From assembly GCA_033763315.1 (NCBI GenBank), contig JANRKS010000027.1, positions 1 to 64,000 of the forward strand: a DNA stretch of 64,000 nucleotides. Direction: 5' to 3'. This document shows positions 1 through 8,078 of this stretch, one piece after another (within the stretch, counting starts at the first letter, position 1; each line of letters starts with the position of its first letter). The stretch is from Deltaproteobacteria bacterium. GTDB lineage: Bacteria > Myxococcota_A > Polyangia > Fen-1088. The notes below the pieces were generated by a model. It was not told the origin of the DNA. It was given only the letters and a program-made list of their open reading frames with translations, and did not search any database. A program made the translations under genes and the position numbers.

Positions 1-111
1 GGAATCGCCAGGTACGTCGGCCACATCCAAGGATTGTTCGCCCCCTGGCCCCGCCACCCCCACGCGCAGCCATCCGTGGCAGGGGGCTCCGAATGTCAAA
101 GCAAGCGTCAT
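1..111 (-). CDS. Integron cassette ORF, hypothetical protein (5' part; runs off window start)
   Basis: ATG at 111 lies about 20 nt inside the core site GTTAGCC (136-130, minus strand). Frame is open to base 1: MTLALTFGAPCHGWLRVGVAGPGGEQSLDVADVPGDS. Not in the ORF track because it is truncated. Confidence 0.6.
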   Translation of the reverse strand, partial: MTLALTFGAPCHGWLRVGVAGPGGEQSLDVADVPGDS

Positions 112-129
112 CGAGTCGCGGACCTATCT

Positions 130-256
130 GGCTAACGTGTGGAGTTCAGCTGCAAAGCTCAGCTGCGTGCACAACCCCAATGGTGCTGGAAACACCAAAG
201 CGTGTCTAGGTTTTAGTTGACGCCTAAGCTTTGACAGCTGAAACGATCGGTTGTGC
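130..256 (-). repeat. attC site
   Basis: Minus strand: R'' GCACAAC, 5 nt, L'' GTTTCAGC (extra base) ... L' GCTGAAC, 7 nt, R' GTTAGCC. The stem continues (TGTCAAAGC/GCTTTGCA). R'' is complementary to the GTTGTGC at 701-695 that opens this cassette. Confidence 0.88.
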
Positions 257-694
257 AGCGGGGCTACAACCAGCGGCGCGATGAGGTTCGATACGCAGCC
301 GAGCACCGACCCCGGTGGCCGGGTTGCACAGGGCCATCGCCGTTGCGCGCAGCGATACCCTGTTACCGCGTGCCCCTTCTTGTTGTTGAGTTTGCAGCAT
401 CGTTGGCACGTGCGGCCCGCTGACGCCCGCATACTGAGCTCGAACGTGCACTGGTGCATGCCCGGTGGCGAGTCAACACCAAGGGCGTTTGTTGGCCCGC
501 ATGCGTAGCCACTTCACCGCCCCTGCACCGGTACCGAGCTCGCGCGTCCTGCACGTCTCGTTAGACCTGTGAGCCCGCCTTGCGCAAGAGCGCGTTCGCA
601 GCTGGGTGGTTCTGCCAGAGTCACTGACACAGACGGCGCGATTTGTTGCGCGGCCAGCTCATGCAAGCTTGTTCGATGACTGAGCCGCGTGTCT

Positions 695-825
695 GCACAA
701 CGTGTGTGGCTTAAGCTGCGGCGCCCATTGAGGCCCCAAGACCGCATTGTCGCTCGCAGACCGATAGCATGTCTAGGTTCAAAGTGACCTCCGAGGCGCC
801 GTCTGCCTTCAAGCCAGAGTTATGC
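695..825 (-). repeat. attC site
   Basis: Minus strand: GCATAAC, 5 nt, CTTGAAGG ... GCTTAAG, 8 nt, GTTGTGC, with an inner GGCGCC stem. Lies just after the stop of 851..1258. Shares an identical 23-mer (770-792 = 1337-1359) with the next attC. Confidence 0.85.
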
Positions 826-850
826 GGCGGCCTCAGTGTCGAGGTGAACG

Positions 851-1258
851 TCAAAGATGCTTTCGGCGTTTGACGTAGTCGCTGACGACGTTCTCTTTGA
901 ACTCCTGGAACGTCTTGAACAACGGGCCTCCCGCACCTTGCACCGCTCCGGTCTCTGCGTCGACTCCTACTCGCTTGTTTGACGGTTGGCCTGCATATCC
1001 AAGCCTGAGTTCGAACATCCATGTCTTACCCTGCAATACGGGAGGATTCGGCGCTCCGCAGCCGGCTACGTATTCGTTCATGTATGCCTGCGCAATCCGT
1101 TCAGCCTCCGCCGCGTCGATGCCATCAGCGGGATAGACGGTCGCCAGCTCTGACTCCAGCTTATCGACTTCAGCTCGAAGATGCTCGGGCATGCATTGCG
1201 AACACACGAGAAGTGCGCTCATGCAGACCTGCAACATTTGCGATCGCTGTTTGCTCAT
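851..1258 (-). CDS. Integron cassette protein, putatively exported; PepSY-like pattern (AEAERIA ... W.FEL ... VGVDAETG)
   Basis: ORF fills the space between core site GTTATCC (1270-1264) and attC 695-825. Hydrophobic Cys-containing N-terminus. Confidence 0.75.
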   Translation of the reverse strand: MSKQRSQMLQVCMSALLVCSQCMPEHLRAEVDKLESELATVYPADGIDAAEAERIAQAYMNEYVAGCGAPNPPVLQGKTWMFELRLGYAGQPSNKRVGVDAETGAVQGAGGPLFKTFQEFKENVVSDYVKRRKHL

Positions 1259-1263
1259 CGTCC

Positions 1264-1390
1264 GGATAACGTGAAAAATTCAGCTGCAAAGCCCCCTGAG
1301 GCTTAAGGCCAGATTGTCGCCCGCATGCCGACCCACTGTCTAGGTTCAAAGTGACCTCCATGCTTTGTCAGCTGCAATGATCGGTTAGCC
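1264..1390 (-). repeat. attC site
   Basis: Minus strand: R'' GGCTAAC, CGATC, L'' ATTGCAGC ... L' GCTGAAT, 7 nt, R' GTTATCC. R'' is the exact complement of GTTAGCC at 1784-1778. Confidence 0.9.
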
Positions 1391-1412
1391 AGCGGCAAAG
1401 CAGCAACTCACT

Positions 1413-1766
1413 CTACCCAGATTTGCTGCGCCAATCTTGATCGTACCATTGCGGCCGTTGGTCTTCGGGACCGAACCACCCCCAATCAGCAAGTGTCTGC
1501 ATGAACCGCCTGCGCGAGTAAGGTTCGTAGTAGCGGGGACTGAGACCTGAAGTGCGATATGGGGTGTCGTCAACGAGTTCGTACAGTTCGTCAGGATCGA
1601 AGCGGCACGTAAGTAGCATGCCGTCTTTACATCCGAAGTCAGGTAAGAAGACGCCGACTGTCTCTGCCGCGATACCCGACGCCGTGGTGAACCGAAAGGG
1701 GTGCACAACGCGAATGCCGAGGTCGTCCGCAGCATCCAACCAGCTTTGTGCCATAGGATTTGTCAT
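1413..1766 (-). CDS. Integron cassette protein, hypothetical
   Basis: 117-aa ORF exactly between core site GTTAGCC (1784-1778) and attC 1264-1390. Confidence 0.8.
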   Translation of the reverse strand: MTNPMAQSWLDAADDLGIRVVHPFRFTTASGIAAETVGVFLPDFGCKDGMLLTCRFDPDELYELVDDTPYRTSGLSPRYYEPYSRRRFMQTLADWGWFGPEDQRPQWYDQDWRSKSG

Positions 1767-1777
1767 CGTGTCAGTCT

Positions 1778-1861
1778 GGCTAACTTATAGGTTCTCTCGA
1801 GTTCGATGATGCCACGAAGCACAAACGAACGTAATGACATTCGAGAGAACCGTCGTTGAAC
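1778..1861 (-). repeat. Atypical attC-like site (or attI region)
   Basis: Minus strand: GTTCAAC, 5 nt, TTCTCTCGA ... TCGAGAGAA, 7 nt, GTTAGCC. Same 5/7 spacer geometry as the sibling attCs, but a perfect stem with no extrahelical base and unrelated inner sequence. Confidence 0.5.
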
Positions 1862-2129
1862 TTAGCCGCTGGCCAGTTGCGTTGCGACTATGGGAGATTC
1901 AAGCGCGGTGGTGCGGCCGAACAAGCGATCTGCGCAAGGAGTGGATGCGGCGGTAGCCGTACGAAGCCCGCTGGCCGTATTGGCTGAGGTTTACAGGGCC
2001 AGCGGATTTCGTGGCGACGCTCACGAAAATGGCGACACAGGGATGTCGCGAGCGAACGGGTGCATTGAAGCTCAATGGATCCAAAAGTTGGTCGCGAGTT
2101 TTGTGGTTTTGGTTTGCGCCCATGGCGAT

Positions 2130-3302
2130 TCAGGAGGTGTTTGGCGTTCGAGGTTGTCCTTTGCGGTCAGTGAGGGCTTGTGCTCGACACGAGTCGCATA
2201 GATCAACGTCGATGCCAGTAAGATCTTCAAGAAGCTCTTTCCAAGAGCGGGTGGGCGCTGCTAAACGGCCAGACACTTCGGCGTCGTTTGATGACGCTGA
2301 ACTCAAAATGCCTCGCGCAGTGGCCATGCTACCGTTCAGATTCGCAGATGCCGCCAGCCCATAATGCCGTATTTTGACGAATCCTCTGGGCAGGACATGA
2401 CAAAGGAATCGTCTGATGAATTCGATGGGATCCAAAGAAGCCACCTTGCCGTCTTTCGTGCTGAAGACCACGGCTTCTTTGGTAATGGAGCGGATCCTGT
2501 AGTTTGAAATGCCAACGCGGTGAGTGTACTGGCCCAAATACCGGAAGATTGCTTTGGGCCCCGCGAAGGGCTTTTTCGCATACACGCCCCACTCAACAGA
2601 GAAAAGCTCCCGCTTAAGCTCGCGAAGGTCTTCAAGTTCTAAAGGAATTTCGTCTGCCATCACGAGCTTTGTCAGGCCATCCAAAAACTTCCCCCGAAAC
2701 AGTCGCGACAAAAGCTTTACGGGCAATAGATATTGCCCCGATGACGAGACCCAAGCGGTGGAGTCAAGTGACAAGCCACCGGCGCTCACGATGCAATGCA
2801 CGTGCGGGTGAAAACGCAGGTCTCTTGTCCATGTGTGAAGGACAGACGTGATGGCCAGCTGGCATTTCAGTTTCGTTTGAGCGGCGTCAAGCAGGGTCTT
2901 ACTGCTGCTTGAAAACAGCAGTGCGTACATCGACTCTGGATGAAGCTTGCAAAACCTCCGCAGCTGCTGCGGAAGCGTGAAAACAACATGGAAGTATTTC
3001 ACAGGAAGGATCTTCGCTTCGCGCGCCTGAATCCACCGAGCCTGCGCGAGACCTTGACACTTTGGACAATGCCGGTTGCGACACGAATTGTAAGAAACGG
3101 TTGTCTTGCGGCAAGCGCGACAAGTTTCACCATGGCCACCAAGCGCAGGCGTACGGCACTGCACAATGGCGTTGATGGCACGCCTTTGAACATGAGTGGT
3201 GCGATGCGATCCCAGATAGCCGCTGCCATGGCGAGCAAAAATTTCCGCCATGTCCCAACGAGGGCGTGCGCCACCGCTCCCAATGCCTGGGTGCTGATGC
3301 AC
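2130..3302 (-). CDS. IS91-family (Y2 HUH) transposase
   Basis: Zn-binding YNSCRNRHCPKCQ, YFHVVFTLP, HUH motif HPHVH, YxxxY motif YLGQY, KIRHYG. Confidence 0.95.
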   Translation of the reverse strand: MHQHPGIGSGGARPRWDMAEIFARHGSGYLGSHRTTHVQRRAINAIVQCRTPALGGHGETCRACRKTTVSYNSCRNRHCPKCQGLAQARWIQAREAKILPVKYFHVVFTLPQQLRRFCKLHPESMYALLFSSSSKTLLDAAQTKLKCQLAITSVLHTWTRDLRFHPHVHCIVSAGGLSLDSTAWVSSSGQYLLPVKLLSRLFRGKFLDGLTKLVMADEIPLELEDLRELKRELFSVEWGVYAKKPFAGPKAIFRYLGQYTHRVGISNYRIRSITKEAVVFSTKDGKVASLDPIEFIRRFLCHVLPRGFVKIRHYGLAASANLNGSMATARGILSSASSNDAEVSGRLAAPTRSWKELLEDLTGIDVDLCDSCRAQALTDRKGQPRTPNTS

Positions 3303-3319
3303 GATGACTCCTCGTGTCG

Positions 3320-4168
3320 TTAACGCTTCGCTTTTGTGGTTACATCAAGAGGGCTCGTCGTGCGGCTTAGGTGTCGTGTCGACACATGTACGTATCGAGC
3401 GGTAGTAGATGGCGAACTGTGCCCCAGCAGCACTTGAATTATCCGCAGATCCGCACCGTCATCGAGGAGATGGGTGGCAAATCCGTGGCGCAACGAATGC
3501 AAGGTGAAGTGCCTATGCGGCAGTGTTGTCGAGACGACGGTCTTGAGCACCTTGCGAACGGCATCAATGCCGATGTGTGTGCCTTCAGCCGCGCCGGGAA
3601 ACAAGAAAGGTCCTGAGGGACGCTCCTGTCGCCAATATGCACGAAGCACCTGTAACGAACGCTGACTTAGAATGACCGTGCGATCCCTGCGAAACTTTCC
3701 GTCGCGGATGCGTATCACCATACTTTTGCTGTCGACGTCTTGCGGCGTAAGTCGAAGCGCTTCGTTTATGCGAAGCCCTGAGCCGTAAGCGACCATGAGA
3801 ATGGCCCTGTATTTCACTGATTTTATGGCAGCGAACAGCTGTTCAAGCTCATCGCGCGTAGGGACGGCGGGAAGCTTGTGCTCGACTCGCGGAGGACGAA
3901 GTTCTGCGCCAACACTTGGTTTACGCAAGGCAAACCGATACATGAACTTGATCGCTGACAGCGCTTGAGCTTGGCTCGAACGAGAGACCTTACGATCTCT
4001 AGCAAGGTGCAGCATGTAGGCTTCGATGTCATCGTCCCCCATGTCCGCGGGGTTTCGCCGGTGAAAAACAACGAAGCTTCGGCAGTGCATGAGATACGAC
4101 TTGCGCGTTGTCGGGGCGATTCGCCGAATCTCAAACTGCTCTTCCAATCGATCACGTATCCAACCCAT
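3320..4168 (-). CDS. Tyrosine recombinase (IS91-associated type with N-terminal SAM-like domain)
   Basis: YGSGLRINE, HSLRH, LLGH, TARY catalytic set intact. Lacks the IntI-specific insertion. Start placed at ATG 4168 behind AGGACGAGG (ORF track begins at 4249). Confidence 0.93.
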   Translation of the reverse strand: MGWIRDRLEEQFEIRRIAPTTRKSYLMHCRSFVVFHRRNPADMGDDDIEAYMLHLARDRKVSRSSQAQALSAIKFMYRFALRKPSVGAELRPPRVEHKLPAVPTRDELEQLFAAIKSVKYRAILMVAYGSGLRINEALRLTPQDVDSKSMVIRIRDGKFRRDRTVILSQRSLQVLRAYWRQERPSGPFLFPGAAEGTHIGIDAVRKVLKTVVSTTLPHRHFTLHSLRHGFATHLLDDGADLRIIQVLLGHSSPSTTARYVHVSTRHLSRTTSPLDVTTKAKR

Positions 4169-4282
4169 GGCCTCGTCCTTTCTGTGGTAGAAAGAACAAG
4201 ATCTCGGCGGATTTACCTCAACACCTTCTCCCAAGGTGCAAGCGGCCACCGGTAGCCAACAGACCGCCGCGCCAGCGGCTTA

Positions 4283-4340
4283 GTTCAACGTGAATTGTAC
4301 CGTTCAAGATATCCGATCTTCTCGACTTTTGGCAGGGCGC
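4283..4340 (-). other. Candidate attI region 3' of intI
   Basis: Minus-strand CAC-GTTGAAC core about 50 nt past the intI stop. The same CAC precedes R' in all three attCs. A second TTGAAC lies 19 nt upstream. Confidence 0.45.
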
Positions 4341-5462
4341 CTATTTCTTCGGTCGCATCGGGACGCCATGTTTTCCCTCAGCCAAAAGTGTCGATAAACC
4401 AATATCTCGAACCGTAAGTGCGGATAAGCCAATATTGGTGTTCGAGTTAACTTGATTTATTCGAGCAGACGTATCCAAGGGACTCGATACGCCCATGGGG
4501 CCGCGGTTGAGGACGTGGGTGTAGATCATGGTGGTGGTGACGTCGCTGTGGCCAAGCAGCTCTTGGATCGTTCGAATGTCTTGACCAGCTTCCAGCAAGT
4601 GCGTGGCAAAGGAATGCCGTAGCGAGTGAGCCGTAGCGGGCTTCGTGATGCCGGACTCAAGTACCGCTGCACGAATAGTTCGCTGCACGCCAGATTCGTG
4701 AAGGTGGTGCCTTCGCATCTGACCTGACTCCTGATGAAGATAAAAGCCTTTGGCAGGAAAGATCCATTGCCATGCCCATTGCTTTGCGGCCCCGGGCATC
4801 TTTCTGGACAGAGCGTTGGGCAATGCCACAAACCCCGCACCTTGGGCTAGATCCCGTTCGTGCTGTTGCCTGCAGCGAAAGATGTGCCTGGCGAGGTCGT
4901 TTGCCACAAAATCGGGCAGCATGGTGTGGCGATCCTTGGCGCCTTTGCCACGGCGAACGGTGATCGTGCGACGCTCAAAGTCCACGTCTTTAATTCTCAA
5001 AGTTAAGGCCTCCATCAAGCGCAGGCCCGATCCATAGATCAAAGCTGCCACCAGCCACGTTGGCTCACGCAACCTGTTCAAGACTGCAAAGACTTCGTTG
5101 CGGGTAAGCACACAGGGCAGCTTCGTGGGGCCCTTGGCGCGCTGGACACCATCAAGCCAATCAAGGTCCCGCCCGAGGACGTGCTGGTAGAGAAACAACA
5201 GGGCCGCAAGCGCCTGACTCTGCGTCGACGCACTCACCTTCTTATCGATGGCGAGATGGCTCAAGAACTGAGTGACCTCAGCTTCACCCATTTCTTTGGG
5301 ATGGCGTCGGTTGTGGTAGGCCACGAACCGGCGAATCCAGTGGCAGTAGGCCTTCTTCGTGCGGTCGCTGTAGTGGCGAACGGTTAAGACCATGCGCGCT
5401 TGTTCCAGCAGCGTTCGGGGCTTGGATGGTGAATAGGCAGACGCCGTCGTTTTTGATTCCAC
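4341..5462 (-). CDS. intI: Integron integrase
   Basis: HYSDRTKKAYCHWIRRF, YGSGLR, IntI-specific insertion (VALPNALSRK...WAWQWIFP...RRHHLHE), HSLRHSFATHLL, LGHSDVTTTMIYTHV, SPLD. Start uncertain (GTG 5462 chosen; frame open to 5552). Confidence 0.96.
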   Translation of the reverse strand: MESKTTASAYSPSKPRTLLEQARMVLTVRHYSDRTKKAYCHWIRRFVAYHNRRHPKEMGEAEVTQFLSHLAIDKKVSASTQSQALAALLFLYQHVLGRDLDWLDGVQRAKGPTKLPCVLTRNEVFAVLNRLREPTWLVAALIYGSGLRLMEALTLRIKDVDFERRTITVRRGKGAKDRHTMLPDFVANDLARHIFRCRQQHERDLAQGAGFVALPNALSRKMPGAAKQWAWQWIFPAKGFYLHQESGQMRRHHLHESGVQRTIRAAVLESGITKPATAHSLRHSFATHLLEAGQDIRTIQELLGHSDVTTTMIYTHVLNRGPMGVSSPLDTSARINQVNSNTNIGLSALTVRDIGLSTLLAEGKHGVPMRPKK

Positions 5463-5546
5463 ACCTATTCTTCGTGCGCCAGCAGCAAAAGTTGCGCGAA
5501 TTGGGACGTAAATGGAGCTCCTGGGCGCTTTTCTCCCGCTTCCAAT

Positions 5547-5561
5547 TGACAACGATTCTCA
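5547..5561. promoter_or_regulatory. Fur-box-like operator overlapping a TTGACA -35 hexamer
   Basis: TGACAAC-G-ATTCTCA resembles the 7-1-7 Fur repeat TGATAAT-N-ATTATCA. It lies 30 nt upstream of a TonB-dependent receptor. Confidence 0.7.
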
Positions 5562-5591
5562 AAGTCAATAACACAGCAAGAGCCATATCCC

Positions 5592-8003
5592 ATGCGAACC
5601 CTTGCCTTGAGTTTTGCCCTCGTTTTCGCTCCCTTGGCGCTTGCGGCACCCTTGTCCCAGGCGCAAGAGCCCGTTCCGCCCGAGAACACAACGGCGCCCG
5701 CGACGCCTGACACCGCAGGCGAAACGCCCACTGAAACGCCCCCTGCCCCACCGCCATCGCCCCCGCCATCGCCCCCGCTACCATCGCCCACGGCGGCCCC
5801 GACCGAGGCGCCCCCCGCCAAAGCGGAAGCCCCCTCGCCGCCACCCGCCCCGCTTCCTCTGCCGCCGCCCGAGGCGCCCTCGCCTGCTGCGAAAAGCGAT
5901 CCTGGCATTGAGGTGACTGTGGTGGGCACGTCCACGGCGAAGACGGCTGGATCGGCGCACGTGTTGAAGGCAAAGCAGCTTGAGCGTTTCGAGTACGACG
6001 ATCCGCACGCGGTGGTGGCGCAGGTGCCGGGCGTTTATAGCCGCGGTGAAGACGGCGTTGGCTTGCGGCCCAACATTGGCTTGCGGGGCGTGAACCCCGA
6101 TCGCAGCAAGAAGCTTACGTTGATGGAAGATGGTGTGTTGTTTGGCCCCGCGCCCTACAGCGCGCCCGCCGCGTATTACTTCCCGCTGATCACGCGCATG
6201 AGCCAAGTGAAGGTCGTGAAAGGCCCCGGCAGCATCAGCTTCGGCCCGCAAACGGTGGGTGGCGCCTTGGACATGCTAACCCGGCGGGTGCCTTCGTTCT
6301 TTTCAGGTGGCGTGGATCTGGCGATCGGCCAATACGGTTACGGCAAGGCGCACGCATACGCCGGCAACAGCGACGGCAAAACCGGCTACGTGATTGAAGG
6401 CATTCACCTTCGCGATGATGGCTTCAAAGAATTGCCCAATGGCACTGACATTGGCTTTCACCGCAACGAGTGGATGTGGAAGGGTTTCTATAAATTCGAG
6501 CCCATCCGCGGCCACGCGAGCCAACTACAACTCAAGCTCACTTATGCAGATGAGCTTTCCAACGAAACGTATTTAGGTCTCACCGACGCAGATTTTCGGC
6601 GCAACCCTTACATGCGTTACGACGCCACGCAGTTGGATCGCATGCAGTGGTTCCGCACCAGCGCCGTGGCCAGCTATCAGCTTGAGTTAAGCGACAAGGC
6701 CACGCTTAGCGTGGCTGTGTACCGCCACGATCTGACGCGCACGTGGCGCAAGGTGAATGGGTTCGTCGGAACATCGCTGTTTGACGTTCTAACCAATCCC
6801 ACAGATCCGCGTAACGAGCTCTATTATTCGTTGCTCTCTGGGCAGCGTTCAAGCACCCAAGCGGGCGACATCCTGATGGTGGGCCCTAACCAACGCGACT
6901 TCGTTTCTCAGGGAATTCAAGCCATCATTCGATGGAACCCACAAACCGGCAGCGTGAGCCACCGCGTAGAAGCGGGAGCACGATTGCACTACGATCGCAT
7001 TCGTCGGCGGCACAGTGAAGACGGCTACCGCCTGCAAGCGGGCCAATTGGTGGCAGCGGGCGTGCTTACCAAAGTAACAGCCCTAAACGAAGCCACAGCG
7101 TTGGCAAACGCGCTGCACTTGACGGACGCGATTACATGGAAGGGTTTGAATGTGACGCCCGGGGTGCGCGTGGAACTTATCCACACCGAATACTTGAACC
7201 TAATTCCCACGCCGCAAGGCACGTTTGAAGACAACAGCCGCTTTCAGGCCGCCGTGTTGCCGGGTGTGGGCGTTTACCAAGCGTTGACGAATAGCTTTGG
7301 CCTGCTGGCGGGCGTTCACCGGGGGTTTTCACCAGCTGTGCCCGAGGCGGCCAGCAACACTTCACCTGAAAAAAGCATCAACTACGAAGGTGGCGCGCGC
7401 TTTGCCAAAGGCGCGGCGCAGGCGGAAGTCATCGGCTATTTCAATGACTACCAGAACTTGACCGACGTGTGCACGCTTTCAAGCGGGTGCCTGGACGCGA
7501 ACATCGATCGGCAATTGGACGCGGGCAAAGCGCGCATCTACGGCGTGGAAGTTTACGGCCGCCACGAAAAGCGTGTGGGGGCCTATACAGTGCCCGTCAC
7601 GTTGGCATACACCGCCACCAAGGCTGAGTTCTTGCGCGATTTCGCGGCCAGTGACCCCATTTACGGTGAAGTGAAAAAGGGTGACCAACTGCCCTATGTG
7701 CCGCGCCATTTGTTGAACGCGGCCTTGGGGCTTGAACACATGCGTGGCGGCATCAACGTTTCGGCCACGTATGTTTCGGCGATGCGCGAACAACCGGGCA
7801 AGCTTCCCGTAAGCCAAGTGCTGGCCACAGATCGCCAATTCGTGATGGACGCGTCTGCGCAAGCCCGGCTTCATGGCCCCTTCGTGCTTTACGTGAACGT
7901 GCGCAACATCTTCAACGAAGCCTATATCGTTTCACGTCGGCCCTTTGGCGCCCGCCCCAACATTCCTCGTTGGGTGCAAGTGGGCGTGCGGGCCACGTTC
8001 TAA
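5592..8003 (+). CDS. TonB-dependent receptor (FecA-like subfamily)
   Basis: Signal peptide, Pro-rich linker, plug (VPGVYSRGEDGVGLRPNIGLRG ... EDGV ... VVKGPGS), barrel ending in C-terminal Phe. Confidence 0.95.
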   Translation: MRTLALSFALVFAPLALAAPLSQAQEPVPPENTTAPATPDTAGETPTETPPAPPPSPPPSPPLPSPTAAPTEAPPAKAEAPSPPPAPLPLPPPEAPSPAAKSDPGIEVTVVGTSTAKTAGSAHVLKAKQLERFEYDDPHAVVAQVPGVYSRGEDGVGLRPNIGLRGVNPDRSKKLTLMEDGVLFGPAPYSAPAAYYFPLITRMSQVKVVKGPGSISFGPQTVGGALDMLTRRVPSFFSGGVDLAIGQYGYGKAHAYAGNSDGKTGYVIEGIHLRDDGFKELPNGTDIGFHRNEWMWKGFYKFEPIRGHASQLQLKLTYADELSNETYLGLTDADFRRNPYMRYDATQLDRMQWFRTSAVASYQLELSDKATLSVAVYRHDLTRTWRKVNGFVGTSLFDVLTNPTDPRNELYYSLLSGQRSSTQAGDILMVGPNQRDFVSQGIQAIIRWNPQTGSVSHRVEAGARLHYDRIRRRHSEDGYRLQAGQLVAAGVLTKVTALNEATALANALHLTDAITWKGLNVTPGVRVELIHTEYLNLIPTPQGTFEDNSRFQAAVLPGVGVYQALTNSFGLLAGVHRGFSPAVPEAASNTSPEKSINYEGGARFAKGAAQAEVIGYFNDYQNLTDVCTLSSGCLDANIDRQLDAGKARIYGVEVYGRHEKRVGAYTVPVTLAYTATKAEFLRDFAASDPIYGEVKKGDQLPYVPRHLLNAALGLEHMRGGINVSATYVSAMREQPGKLPVSQVLATDRQFVMDASAQARLHGPFVLYVNVRNIFNEAYIVSRRPFGARPNIPRWVQVGVRATF

Positions 8004-8078
8004 CATTGCGGCTCGCCCGCTCTCAGGCGGGCCTGCAGCCACGCCTCGGCCGCAGGAAGACCGTCAAAAATGCGCTGA

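Larger units (their letters stand above)
1855..4289 (-). mobile_element. IS91-like element carrying tyrosine recombinase + HUH Y2 transposase, bounded by 19-bp inverted repeats
   Basis: 1855-1873 GTTGAACTTAGCCGCTGGC and 4271-4289 GCCAGCGGCTTAGTTCAAC are inverted repeats (18/19 match). They enclose exactly the two genes. Confidence 0.82.

Noticed and set aside
130-1390. Spaced repeats as a CRISPR array
   Set aside because: Repeats are about 130 bp imperfect palindromes separated by gene-sized cargo, with no cas genes. They are attC sites.
5740-5890. C-rich short tandem repeats
   Set aside because: Simply encode the Pro-rich linker of the TonB-dependent receptor.
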